From: Hormiphora californensis
Taxonomy: Eukaryota > Animalia > Ctenophora
DNA: 64,000 nt
Direction of reading: 5' to 3'
Assembly (NCBI GenBank): GCA_020137815.1
Contig: CM035362.1
Coordinates: forward strand, 1,116,001-1,180,000
Below the pieces are notes generated by a model that was given only the letters and a program-made list of their open reading frames with translations, was not told where the DNA came from and ran no database searches. Within the stretch, counting starts at the first letter, position 1; each line of letters begins with the position of its first letter. Below are positions 40,083 through 52,716 of this stretch, in pieces. Made by a program: the position numbers and the translations under genes.

Positions 40083-42668
40083 GGCAATTTCTGATTTGCC
40101 GCATACGGCGTCTAGACGGCGTCGCAACGCCGTCTAGACGGTATACCGTCTGGACGGGTTTCGGTGAAATCAGCTAAAAACGGTACCGAAATTGCTTGAG
40201 ACGGGTTATAGACGGTATCAGACGGTCTCTAGACGGGTTATAGACGGTATCAGACGGTGTTGCGACGGTATCAGACGGTCTCTAGACGGTGTCTAGACAG
40301 TACCGTCCCGGCGTCTGGACGGCGTCTGGACGGTGTCTAGACGGTATCCGTCCGAAGTTGAGACGGCACGTCTGAAAATTGTACCAGACGTTGAGACGGA
40401 CTTTTAGAACTCCGTCTGTATTTCAGACGGAGTTTTAAAAGTACCGTGTGCGGCAAAAAAAATCCCCCCCCTAGACCACCATAGTTGCCGATGTGGTGGA
40501 GAGCTGTAACTTGGCAGGGTTGCTCCACTATGTCTATCTTGATCCTGACAGAAAAATCAGAGCTCTAGCTCAAAATTCATTTTCATGAACGGAATGAACA
40601 TTGTCATTCATTCCAGGAAAAAATATTTTCCGGTCCAAAATTTAACTAATTATGTTTGGCTATCGATTTGCTTTCCAATGTGACCAAGATCAGCTAAATT
40701 GGACAACCACAAGAGACACAGTGTCATGTTGCTTTAAGTTAGTCAGGTCATGTGATCTTCACCGAATCGTTGAGTTTCCGGGATTGCTAATCGGGCCAAT
40801 GGGCAAAGGAATCTCGTATCATGGCCGCTAATTGGGTATGTGTACCAATACAGGGTGATGTGATTCGAGGAAAGAGGACATTTATCAAAGAGCTACAGAT
40901 CTGATGACCAATCAGCATCGTCATCCCTCATTAGCAGATGTGATACGTGATTCTCTACCACTTAGACCAATTCGTAATACTGAACACGATCAACGATTCA
41001 GTGAAGATCACATGACCTGACTAACTTTAAGAAACATGACACTGTGTCTCTTGTGGTTGTCCAATTTAGCTGATCTTGGTCACATTGGAAAGCTAATCGA
41101 TAGCCAAACATAATTAGTTAAATTTTGGACCGGAAAATATTTTTTCCTGGAATGAATGACAATGTTCATTCCGTTCATGAAAATGAATTTTGAGCTAGAG
41201 CTCTGATTTTTCTGTCAGGATCAAGATAGACATAGTGGAGCAACCCTGCCAAGTTACAGCTCTCCACCACATCGGCAACTATGGTGGTCTAGGGGGGGAT
41301 TTTTTTTGCCGCACACGGTACGTCTCAACGCAGTCTAAAGGAAAATCGATGAAAGTACCGTCTAGACAACGTCTCAACTGAAACCGGTCAACATACCGTC
41401 TAAACAACGTCTAGACAACGTCTAAACAGAATCTCGCGATTCAGTTTCAAATACCGTCTAGACAACTTCTCCAGCAATTTCGATAAGAATACCGTCTAAA
41501 CAACGTCTAGACAACGTCTCAAATAATGATGTCTAGACTCGACCGTTTTCGAAGACCATTCTGGATTCCAGACTCAGAAGCTGACAGGACATAAAGCTTG
41601 CGTGAGAGTGCCCGAATACAGACCACAAACAGTTAGAATATCAGAGAAATTTTGTTTGATTTTGGTGTAATTTTGAGCGTGATATTTTAGCTACTATCTT
41701 TCATACAGACCACAGACTTTATGACAGGTTGTCGTGCGGCAGAGTTTGGTACGCTATAACCTAGAGCCACACACACACACACACACCATTCTGGATTACC
41801 CATGCCAGTTGGAATTAGTGGTAGATGTGTGGCTATTGAATGAAAATTACACATGTGTTTAACCAGCACAGTCGTACCGCGATGCTCGGGGACGGGAAAG
41901 GGGTTATCCTCCCGGTAATTTTCGTACCCAACTTCTTACATTCAACCAAACTGTTTTGGTATCTCCACATTCACTCTTACATCCAGCTATCGCGTTGTAA
42001 TACAACTGTGAGATACTGTCTATGGCTGACACTATCAGTGATAGATAGTGTCGGTTATGAGACGTTGTTTAGACGGTATCTGTATCGGATTCGCTTAAGA
42101 CGTTGTCTAGACGTTGTTTAGACGGTATTCGTATCGAAATTGCTGGAGAAGTTGTCTAGACGGTATTTTAAACTGAATCGCGAGATTCTGTTTAGACGTT
42201 GTCTAGACGTTGTTTAGACGGTATGTTGACCGGTTTCAGTTGAGACGTTGTCTAGACGGTACTTTCATCGATTTTCCTTTAGACTGCGTTGAGACGTACT
42301 TTTAAAACTCCGTCTGAAATACAGACGGAGTTCTAAAAGTCCGTCTCAACGTCTGGTACAATTTTCAGACGTGCCGTCTCAACTTCGGACGGATACCGTC
42401 TAGACACCGTCCAGACGCCGTCCAGACGCCGGGACGGTACCGTCTAGACACCGTCTAGAGACCGTCTGATACCGTCGCAACACCGTCTGATACCGTCTAT
42501 AACCCGTCTAGAGACCGTCTGATACCGTCTATAACCCGTCTCAAGCAATTTCGGTACCGTTTTTAGCTGATTTCACCGAAACCCGTCCAGACGGTATACC
42601 GTCTAGACGCCGTCTAGACGGCGTTGCGACGCCGTCTAGACGCCGTATGCGGCAAATCAGAAATTGCC
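40083..42668. mobile_element. Foldback/MULE-like element with 9-bp TSD and repeat-built long TIRs
   Basis: TSD CTAGTGACG at 40074-40082 and 42669-42677. Arms start GGCAATTTCTGATTTGCCGC and are built of AGACGG/CCGTCT modules. Confidence 0.92.
40444..41318. mobile_element. Tc1/mariner-type MITE nested in the foldback's left arm
   Basis: TA at 40442-40443 and 41319-41320; TIRs start CCGTGTGCGGCAAAA. The empty site is preserved in the right arm (GAGACGTACTTTTAAAA, 42291-42307). Confidence 0.93.
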
Positions 42669-42757
42669 CTAGTGACGATTATAATATTATGTTCATTGTG
42701 ACTACAGTGACCTTTCTCACTGGATATACCCGGTACATGTTTGCTCTTCCGGGTAGG

Positions 42758-42935
42758 GAAAGTGAAAGTGAAAGTAAAGCATGAAAGTGAAAGTGAAAGA
42801 AAGCCAATCGTGAAAGTGAATGTAGCATAGCTCAGGATGCTTCAGCTCATGATCTTTATTGAAAGTGAAAGTAATATTAAAGTGAAAGTAATATTGAAGT
42901 GAAAGTGAAAGTAATATTGAAGTGAAAGTGAAAGT
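42758..42935 (+). promoter_or_regulatory. Dense array of IRF-binding (IRF-E/ISRE/PRDI-type) GAAAGT repeats upstream of Ly6-like paralog 1
   Basis: About a dozen GAAAGT/AAGTGA units in several tandem blocks (42758-42775, 42783-42799, 42861-42872, 42896-42912, 42919-42935), with a CCAAT at 42804. It lies 670-850 bp upstream of ATG 43606. Confidence 0.6.
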
Positions 42936-43274
42936 AATCAGCTGCTCCCCCCCCCCCTTTTCATTAGCTCATCCCATGGGTTAGAAGCAATAACAAACAT
43001 CATACGCAATGTGTAAGCACATGAAACAACCTTTAGAATTTTAGTAAGTTTATTATCCGGATTCCGGTTTTCTATTCTTTAACACTAATTCAAATGAAAA
43101 GTATTTGATCTACTGTAATTCCCCAAAAAAATATACATATTTGGGATATTTCATTCTAGTTAACTAAGCCACTTGTTAACTATCACTACGTGGCAATTGG
43201 TTTACACATTTGAACTGGAGAATCAGTGCTTACACATCACCGACCTGGTCAATACCCATATATCTCATCCGCGG

Positions 43275-43347
<73 letters not shown>

Positions 43348-43605
43348 TGATTTAACTGTGGTCAGCGGTATTCTCTAAGATGTAAGCTTCACTTATGTTC
43401 CAATGGCTCATTTGCAGTGGCTCTTTTGTTTCTCCTCCATTTTCTTTCTATCGGTCCCTAACCGGACATCGGGACCATTATAATGTGTCCATATAATATT
43501 TCCGACCCCCTTTTAGCGAGCCTTGACATTGCTTGTATTGTGTATTTTTCAACATCGTTTTATACTTTCTTATTAACACTGTATAATTAATATAGTTTCT
43601 AGAAG

Positions 43606-46600
43606 ATGAAGCTGTTTCTTGTTCTCCTGGCCCTCGTTGGAGCTTCCAACGCTGTGGAGTGCTATGATGATTGTGCCCTGATTACTAAATTTAAAATGGA
43701 TGGAACTGACTACATTGCCCTTGTTGCCAATGACAGTAAGTGTGCTTCAACTTTCATCAATAACAAATAAACAATGTTAACTATTTCTCTTGTGTTTCTC
43801 AACAACAACTAAATCTTCAGTAGCTATAGAGTGGACCATAGCATCCCCTGTCCAGCACCCCCCCCCCCATGCTCCCTAGTCCTTAACACCCCCTTTTTTC
43901 ACAACAGCCAAGTGTGCCGAATCCACCAAGAAGACCTGTGCAACTGGGGAGGTGTGCGCCATTGTGGAAATTGAGATGGAAGCCGCCATGACTCAGCTTG
44001 TGCCCGGTCAAACAACCAACATGACCATGAACATAGAGTTGGATAGCAAGTACTCCATGTGTTCCGTGTCTTACACCATGAACGATACCGTCTGTCAGGT
44101 ACGTTCTTGTGATCTTTCATAGGAAGGCAGCGGATTACGGGGGCCCGGATGAGACGCCCGTACCAGTCGCCCGTACCAGTCGCCTAGGGTGTTGGATTTT
44201 AAAATCAATTTTTTGTAACTCATCTTACTAGATGGAATTTTTAACGCTGATTCCGAATCTGTCAAAATTTTTGATCTACAAGCATGTCTTCAGGTGTAAC
44301 CGTGCTCCTAAATGAACTTGACTGTGCGCTGCGTTCCACTGCTGACACTATGATAGACTATCACGTGATCATGTCACGTGCTCTCTCCCCAACCCAATTA
44401 GTTGCGCTCGCGATCTTACACACGAGCGCGTCACTCAGAGAGAAATGTAATGGTTAAACCCTGAGAGAGGGAGAGAGATTGGAAATATTATATTGGAATT
44501 CTGAAAAGATATACAGACACTGGTTCCAACTTCCATTGATCCAAATGCAAGAGCAGGCTACTAATTTAGGGGTGTTTCCTGAAACAAGACCTGGACTTAA
44601 GTGTGGTCCGAGCAACAGGAAGAGATCTGAAAGAGGAAGTACCTAGTTAGTAAATCTCAATCAGTAGATCGAGTAGGATGTTCCCAATCCCGACCACTTT
44701 GAGACGGGATTGTCTTAAAACACGTGACAAATCACGTGTTTTGAGAAAGAGACTACCTTTTCCCAACTCGTATCATGATATCATTATTTGCTTGACTATC
44801 TCGATGACTTTTGGATCCCTCAACGAATTTATTGGCTCTGTTAAAATCGATATTAACCAGCCCCACATTGCTTTAACTTATCTGAACGTTCTCGCACATT
44901 TTCTTGCTATAAAGGAAGAAGACCAGCTTGCCTCCGGTTCTACCAAAGCAGTTGGGAATGATAATACCATAAACCTAACAATACGGGCTGTTTTGGAAGT
45001 TTTTACTCAGAATAACGTAGCAACAGCTAGAGAAATGGGGATTAAGCGGTCAGTACTTAGAACTATATGTTGCTTGTTGTATGTTGCTTTTCAGCCAACC
45101 TGCCGTTTAGTTTGTAGTACATACATTAGTATATTTCTCCATCTTGTTCCCCTTCAGAGCCTTGACAAAACTTATCGCCAACACCAAGAGGGCGAGCGGT
45201 AAACAAGAAATAAGTTAGAGATGCAGTTGGTCGAAGACTTGTTCATGTTTACCTCCCCATGCTTTGGAAAGAAAAAGGTACTTCAGTATTGTCATCTAGC
45301 AGTCTTGACATATTTGTGACTGAGGATTTTGTTATAATTTTAGTAATACAAAAAACATCTATAATGTATTCACAACCTATTTTCTAATTTAGAAGTCTGT
45401 TCAACCACCGAATTCAGAGCCTGAACTACCCAGTTGTATTTGGAATATGTGAAGTTATGACCACTGACTGATATTGAGATGAAATAGCAATTTTATGTTA
45501 TATTCAACAAGGCAAGCAATTTTGACTTCTAGGGTGCAGGGTCTGCACTGCAGACTGCAGACCAATGTTCAAGTAATTTTATTCTACACATGCAGTACAC
45601 ATGACCATTGTACAGGGGTGTAGGAATAGGGGGGGGGGCGAGGGGGGCGGCCGCCCCCCCCCCCCCCCCCCACTTTTGGCCAGGTTCGCCCCCTCACTTT
45701 TGTTGCCAATAGTCAACACTCGCTCCCAAATGACGAAATCATGACTTTTTGGCTCAAAACCCTAAAAATTTTCTCGGGCTCCGCTGTCGCTCCGCCCGAT
45801 GTATAGTAGTAAATGCAATGGAATAGGTGGCTAAATCTTGCTCACAAAATTTTTTTGTGGGCGCTGGCCAGCGCTGTAATTGGTCACGTGACTTCGCCCC
45901 CTCACTTGAAAAATCATTCCTACACCCCTGCCATTGTATTTTATATCTGAGATATATATCCACAAATGTTCAGCCGGAAACATACTATTTAGCTTCTATG
46001 AAGTTTCATGATGCGTCTGTTTTGTGTTCTAAAATTCTTGGCATTTCATATTCTCATATTCCCTTCAAATTAATACGTTCCTTAATCTCGGAATTTCGGA
46101 TAGAAAGTGAAAAACATCTCTCACCTACAGCCTACTGGAGAGAGATGTTTCCACAGGTCTCAAGTGACGTGCTCGTGTGTAAGATCGCGAGCGCAACTAA
46201 TTGGGTTGGGGGAGAGAGCACGTGACATGATCACGTGATAGTCTATCATAGTGTCAGCAGTGGAACGCAGCGCACAGTCAAGTTCATTTAGGAGCACGGT
46301 TACACCTGAAGACATGCTCGTAGATCAAAAATTTTGACAGATTCGGAATCAGCGTTAAAAATTCCATCTAGTAAGATGAGTTACAAAAAATTGATTTTAA
46401 AATCCAACACCCTACAGTCGCCCGTACATTTGCTTTGCGCATTACGTTTCACCACACTTTCACCACAACAAAACACATGTGCCTAACGCGCATGTACCTT
46501 ATCTGTGGTGAAAGTGCGATGAAATGTAATGCGCAAAGCAAATGTACGGGCGACTGGTACGGGCGATCTATACGGGCGATCTATTCGAGCCCCCGTAATC

Positions 46601-47043
46601 CCCCGTGATAGGGTTTTATACGGGACATTAAGGAATGTGTATTGTATACGGTATAGATTGGGATCGGGGTCTGTTAAATTGGAATTTGGCTGTACAATTA
46701 TAATAGTCGACTCTCCATTCACCAGCTGCCCAAACCATTACTCCTACCAAACCCAGAACATCGAAAGAATCAGGGTTGGGCAACTCCCACCAGTCCCCCC
46801 TCAACATGCGGCCCAACCCATGTTACCAATTTGAGTATTTTAACTAATAAAACTTTCCAGGAGTTTGAGAACGGGTTCGCTATGGGCTTCAATGTCGATC
46901 CCAACATCACTTATAAAGACTTCAAAACTGAATGTGGGAAAGTCAAATCCTGTACTGAGGACTGTCTTATCTCTGGGGCTGGAAGGAATGTGATCCCTGC
47001 TACTTTTGTTCTAATTGCAGCTCTCATCGCTCGATTGGTGTAA
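43606..47043 (+). CDS. Ly6/three-finger-like secreted Cys-rich GPI-anchored protein, paralog 1
   Basis: Exons 43606-43735, 43908-44098, 46861-47043 (intron phases 1, 0). Signal peptide MKLFLVLLALVGASNA; mature region starts VECYDDC; 10 Cys; hydrophobic C-terminal tail SGAGRNVIPATFVLIAALIARLV*. Confidence 0.85.
44185..46414. mobile_element. Non-autonomous hAT-like element (8-bp TSD, ~245-bp TIRs)
   Basis: TSD CAGTCGCC at 44177-44184 and 46415-46422; ends TAGGGTGTTGGATTT ... AAATCCAACACCCTA. Confidence 0.92.
45613..45930. mobile_element. hAT-type MITE nested inside the previous element
   Basis: TSD CCATTGTA at 45605-45612 and 45931-45938; TIR CAGGGGTGTAGGAAT / ATTCCTACACCCCTG. Confidence 0.92.
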
Positions 47044-48121
47044 ATGATTGAGGGTTCAAAAGAGACGAAATCTTGAATGAGTTCTTGAATGAGTTCTCAG
47101 TTCATAAGAGGGAAATTATGGTTCAGAGTGAGTTAACTATTCTATATAGGATGGTTACTGGTTAGTGGTTGCTACAAGTTTGTGATTCTTGCTGCAATTA
47201 TATTGTGATTGGTTTGATGCTATACCGAAAAAGACTAAATCAGGTGATATACATTTTTTTGAAAAATAATGAAAACTATAAAATGTGTACTGTTTATGCC
47301 AATTGTTATCATTTTAACCAAAGTTGCTTTTAATTGTACTAAGATCCCCAAATAACCAAATAAAAAACCAAATAATTAGAGACTATAGAGGTTCATTTTC
47401 TCTAATCATGACTCATGAATGAATGAGAGAGCTGATGAATTAAAAGAGAGATTAAAAATGATTCCTAACTCAACGGTGAGGTCCACATGTACAACTTTAT
47501 GCGACGCCAGTTCATTGTTGTTTCTGTCACATTTCACTGCAGTGGGCCGGTTGGAACATAACAAGACAATATGGCCTACCCCTGACAATAGCCTAGCTTC
47601 TTGAGTCACTCAACAAAGCCTAGCAGTATTGTAAGTCGCACAATTGTTTTCCATAAAAGTTCAGTACAACAAAGCGTTGTTCTTCCCAAACAAAGCTTGC
47701 CTTTAAACAATACACAGACACACAGACAGCAAAAATTGTCTAACAAAAAATTGTTTCACTCTTACAATTTTAGTACACAGCTTACTTTTATATTTGGACA
47801 ATATCACTGCTCACTGCTCCTTCTCTTATATCTGCTCTAGCCAGGATTATATTTCACATTCGTTCTGTAAAGAATATTTCCCACGGTCTTAGCTCCACCC
47901 CCTGAATCAGGGCCCTGATAGCAAAGAGATAATTGTTGCCTGCGGTTCTGTAAGTATTTAGATGGATATTATAACTGTTGGGTTGCGGTTAGATTTATAT
48001 CCGCGCTACCATTAGTAACCATAGCAACCCACACCCAACATATAATGATCTAAACAACAAACAGCGCTAATTTTTTGTGGCTAAAATCATCTTATACCAA
48101 AAAGACCGAGATACTGAACTA

Positions 48122-48381
48122 CAGGGTGGTTCAGAAACATGGAGCCACTTGGAGATAACGAATGTGACAATACAATTTGATCTCCAATGTATATATCTGT
48201 AGGAGTGAAGTATCACCCTGTCAGTTGACTAGAAATTAATATCCCTCAGTGTTTTAGCACACATTAATTGTGACAGGGTGATATCTTCACACCCCATCAC
48301 TCTACCAGCTATACAATAGAGAGCAGCCTGTATTTTCTTGCTTTTTATCTCCAGGTGGCTCCATGTTTCTGAACCACCCTG
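48122..48381. mobile_element. Tc1/mariner-type MITE
   Basis: TA|CAGGGTGGTTCAGAAACATGGAGCCAC ... GTGGCTCCATGTTTCTGAACCACCCTG|TA. Confidence 0.88.
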
Positions 48382-48570
48382 TATATTTGTGCTCTCCTTG
48401 TGTCGAAGTTTAGTTGCTTGAAATTAACTTCAGCTATATAAGCGTTAGAATAGCTGGTTTATAGTTGAAGAAGCTATTTATACCACAGCAACAGCACTTG
48501 TTGACTTCCTACTACCCAGTAATTGTTCTACACCATTGCACACGTTTTAGAGTGTCCTGTACACGCTATA

Positions 48571-48673
<103 letters not shown>

Positions 48674-48733
48674 ACCATGTTTCTACCAATCATGTGTGTT
48701 TTGTTGTCTTGTTCATGATTTTCTGTCAAAATA

Positions 48734-49636
48734 TTAGGTTGTTCCACAATGATCGGGACTGTAGGTGTAGCTAAAAAACTAGACAACTTAGGGAAATTCT
48801 GCCGACAGCATCGTGTTTTTGGGATATTTTTCTATTATAAGAAGCTTCGTTAAGATCCTGTTGAGTTTTTATAGGAACCAGGAAGTGTACTTTACAAATC
48901 TCACTTTTTTCGCCGCTGCAAATGAAAAAAGTGAATTTTTTCAAGAAGCTCTGAGGTCCCATAAAATTCATAAATCAATAAAAAAAACAGTACTAGGTGT
49001 TCGGAAATTGTCTGGGCTTAAACATAAGCGGATTATTTTTTCATGAAGTTTGAATTTGCTCGGCGCAGGAGTCATTTCCTGTTGAACCTTAAAATCCGAA
49101 TTTTCAAGAAACTATGGCCCTTGCCAGCACATAGAGGTTCCAAAACACAATCTTGATAGCTAAAAGTATAATTGAAACGATTATCTTTGTGAATCCATTC
49201 ATTTAAAACCTTTAAATGGTCATTTTTATACATTTTTTGGGGTTTTAAAAAAATTGCCTCAAAATCGCCACCTGTTTTAGTCATTTTTTGGTCATTTTTG
49301 GGGAACTTTTGCCGATATTGAACAACTAAACCGAAATTTTCCAACGAATTTCACACGAATGACTCGATTAGGTCCCAGTCTAACCCCTCCCGGCGTAAAA
49401 TCAAATTTCGGTCATGATAAGGTACCTTAATTGGTCGATAATTGGTCGGGCAGCGGCGGGTATTTCGAGATATTGAAAATTGGCCCTAAATCCGGAACCA
49501 AACAGTTAGCGACAAAACTAATACCAGTTTTTCTCTTTCAAATTAAGTAATTGACCCGGTAGTACCGTCAGTTTGATTCAGGGGGTTGCATAGCGTGGTG
49601 TATAGCCCCAGTCCCAATCATTGTGGAACAACCTAA
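48734..49636. mobile_element. Non-autonomous TIR element (mariner-like end; TA or ATAT TSD)
   Basis: TTAGGTTGTTCCACAATGATCGGGACTG ... CAGTCCCAATCATTGTGGAACAACCTAA. Confidence 0.82.
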
Positions 49637-49955
49637 TATGTACAGCATATCTAATTCAAGATTTACAAGATTTTTACAAGATTTAATTCCTTAGAATTGG
49701 TCCTACCCTGAGGCCTGACTCAGCGGCTGAGTCGTAAGGCGGGGTCTTTAAATTAAACTTTTGATATTTGGTCCGGCTCGAAGAGACGTACCTGCCGCTA
49801 AAATTTCAACGACAAAATGTACAACTTATTCTGATACTTTTACCATCATCATATTCATACCTGGGTTGTTTGTTTTTCAGAATTGGTGAAGTTTAGATCA
49901 CCAGCGGGGTTTAACAAAACATCGGCCTCGGCCCCGTGTTTACTTTGGACAAAAT

Positions 49956-50097
49956 GAAAGTGAAACTAATGCTATTGTACAAGTGAAAGTGAAACTTAAG
50001 TCATATTAGGATGCTATTGTACAAAGTGAAAGTGAAACATATTACGGAATGTTTGTTTAACACGCATTACGTTACCAGGACAGCCCCACTTATAAAT
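49956..50097 (+). promoter_or_regulatory. Three ISRE-consensus sites plus TATA box upstream of Ly6-like paralog 2
   Basis: GAAAGTGAAACT at 49956, AAGTGAAAGTGAAACT at 49981, AAAGTGAAAGTGAAAC at 50023, TATAAAT at 50091; ATG at 50517. Confidence 0.62.
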
Positions 50098-50516
50098 GGT
50101 TGACAAATTGAGGAGCACTCAAAAATGCCTCAGCTTGCTACGTTGAAAAGACAATTGCTTTCTGATTGCATGATACCTAGAGTTCCGAGTCTAATACTTT
50201 CCAGATAGAGTGAGAAAGAGAGTGATAGTACAGTGCAGCTCAGACTGTCCAGTGTCCACCAACGCTTTATCTTTCGGATCACATTCCCGCGATAAGAACT
50301 GTTTTATCAGCTCACTTTATAAACCTTAGCTTTAGTTGTGTATCTTTTTCAGTAATAATTCGGGTCTTTTTGTTTAAGATCAATTGTTTTGCAAACTCCA
50401 TCCTTTGCTCCATTCTTGTGTGTGTACTGTGTTTTACCCATTAATCATCTTGTATTCAAGTGTGTGATTTACCCATAACTAACAATTACCTTTTGTCCCC
50501 TAGCATTATAACAATC

Positions 50517-51590
50517 ATGAAGATGATCAGTGCAGTTCTTATCCTGGCCCTAGTTGGCGTATCCAGTACATTGGAGTGTTACAGCGGCTGCAATATTTTC
50601 ACTAGTTTCAAGATGGGAGAGGACGAAATGATTTCTACCATGGGCAACGAAAGTAAGTTCTGTTCAGTGTTCACCCTTCTTACGTTCATCCCTTCTTAGC
50701 CGTCTTTGTTGTGTAAACCCAACTGAACATCCCCTATAGTAACTAACCCACCTCCCTCTCTCTCCCCCAGTGTGAACCCTACTGAACATCCCCTATAGTA
50801 ACTAACCCACCTCCCTCTCTCTCCCCCAGTGTGAACCCTACTGAACATCCCCTATAGTAACTAACCCACCTCCCTCTCTCTCCCCCAGTGTGAACCCTAC
50901 TGAACATCCCCTATAGTAACTAACCCACCTCTCTCCCTCAGCCCAGTGACCAGTAACTAACCCACCTCCCTCTCTCAGCCCAGTGTGATGCATCCCTCAA
51001 GAAGACCTGTGCAACTGGAGAAGGTGTGCATGATTGTTGAACTGACCATGTCAGCCAAGATGACAGTTGAAGTCAGTGGTGCCAATGTTACCTCAGATGT
51101 TGATGCTAAAGCTATCTACTCAGAGTGCGGAGAGGAGTATGAGATGACTGATGAAACTTGCAACGTAAGAAACCATTTTATCATACAGCGGTGCTCCGTC
51201 GACCTCCACGACGTCCAAAACGCACAAAAAAGCATTCAATGTCAGCGGAGTGTGTCATAGATTTCGTGGGCAATGCTTTATGTGGACGGCCAATACGGCG
51301 GAGCACCACTGATACCATTTCTACCATTACATGACCCCCCCCCCCCTAGTTATATCGGTATTGGTAGTTATTCACGTGCAAATAAACACCTATCATTTGT
51401 CCTACAGGCGTTTAAAGTTGGGTATGAACAAGGAATTAACGCCGATGACGAAGCCTCTTTCTCCGATTTTGATCTTGATTGTGGAAAGGTTGATGCCTGT
51501 ACCAAGGACTGTCTTATCTCTGGGGCTGGAAGGAATGTGATCCCTGCTACTTTTGTTCTAATTGCAGCTCTCATCGCTCGATTGATGTAA
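50517..51590 (+). CDS. Ly6/three-finger-like GPI-anchored protein, paralog 2 (+1 frameshift at ~51021: assembly error or pseudogene)
   Basis: Exons 50517-50652, 50979-51164, 51408-51590. MKMISAVLILALVGVSSTLECYSGC...KTCATGE[+1]VCMIVEL...CGKVDACTKDCLISGAGRNVIPATFVLIAALIARLM*. Exon 2 is 186 nt where 185 is needed to keep frame. Confidence 0.8.
50713..50985 (+). repeat. 59-bp minisatellite built from a 3' splice-site region
   Basis: Unit GTGAACCCTACTGAACATCCCCTATAGTAACTAACCCACCTCCCTCTCTCTCCCCCAGT, ~4 copies plus partial copies, ending at the paralog-2 exon-2 acceptor. Confidence 0.9.
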
Positions 51591-52159
51591 ATGTGTGGCA
51601 GATTTGAAGAGATAATAATATGTAATAAGAGGGCTACCCATTACCATTGTAAATATATTTTTGATGTGCCCATACCTTTCAATTATCAGATTTCCCATAA
51701 TAAATAACGACTATCATGACTTGAATTCTTGACAAATAAAAAGAGAACTACCACTTCTAAATTCCGTGGATTATCTGTCAGAGCATTGGTGGAGCGCACG
51801 AGAACTGTGGTCAGAGCATTGGCCTGACAATGGATTATAGTTGTCACAACATGAATAAAAGGTTTTGAAATGTTGCATGGGTAGAATAAGGATGGATAAG
51901 ATGAGCGTTCCTCTAGAGCGCCCCTAACACACTGTCGCCTTGTAACGAGTAATTGGGGTGGAAGAGCTGTGGTTCGATCCACCCTAACATCCTTCTGCCC
52001 ATGAAACTAGGGGATCAACACACATCGTTACCATGACACCACTTTATAAAAAGCAAGTAAAGTTGCCCCATTTCAAAATTCCTCTGTAACTTTCTATGAA
52101 AATCTTGCTTCTAAATTGCTCATTCTACTCGGTGGATATTCCATTAAGGAATTAGAAAG

Positions 52160-52262
<103 letters not shown>

Positions 52263-52716
52263 AAGAGAGAGATAGTTAGAGAGATATAGAGAGGGAGAGA
52301 TAGAGAGAGAGAGAGAGAAGAGAGGGAGAGAAACATCTACGAAGAAACAGAGCAGGTTGAGAGCTGTCAGAAAGGAATCACTGCTCGCTAACTACTCCTC
52401 TTGCTTCCAACAGTGGTAAGGAATCACGCTGTTGGAAGAGAGCGTCACGAGAAAGATAAACATTGACTGTGCATTATTGTATAAATGTTGAGCTCTAATC
52501 CATTATCTATATTATCACATTAATTCCGGTGATAAGTCTCAACAGATGGTCAGAGTGCTAAATTTTCACTTTTCAAATTTTAATTCAATAATTTAGTTTT
52601 GCTTTTCTCTGTAATTCGCCTAATCTTGTTTCTTGTACATTTTACTGAAATTATTTTTCCCAGATCTGGTTTCTAACTTCAGTTACTGAAATATCGTTAC
52701 TTTAGCCAGCTGAGAT

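Larger units (their letters stand above)
44132..46600. mobile_element. Small MITE interrupted by a later insertion (intron 2 of paralog 1)
   Basis: TIR GGATTACGGGGG / CCCCCGTAATCC and CGCCCGTA subterminal repeats on both sides of the inner element. Confidence 0.65.

Noticed and set aside
44678-45202. 174-aa ORF as a transposase
   Set aside because: No DDE, BED or hATC motif recognisable.
46101-46113. Single GAAAGTGAAA-like sites (also near 3976, 27106, 37067)
   Set aside because: Isolated matches are expected by chance in AT-rich DNA; only the clustered arrays were reported.
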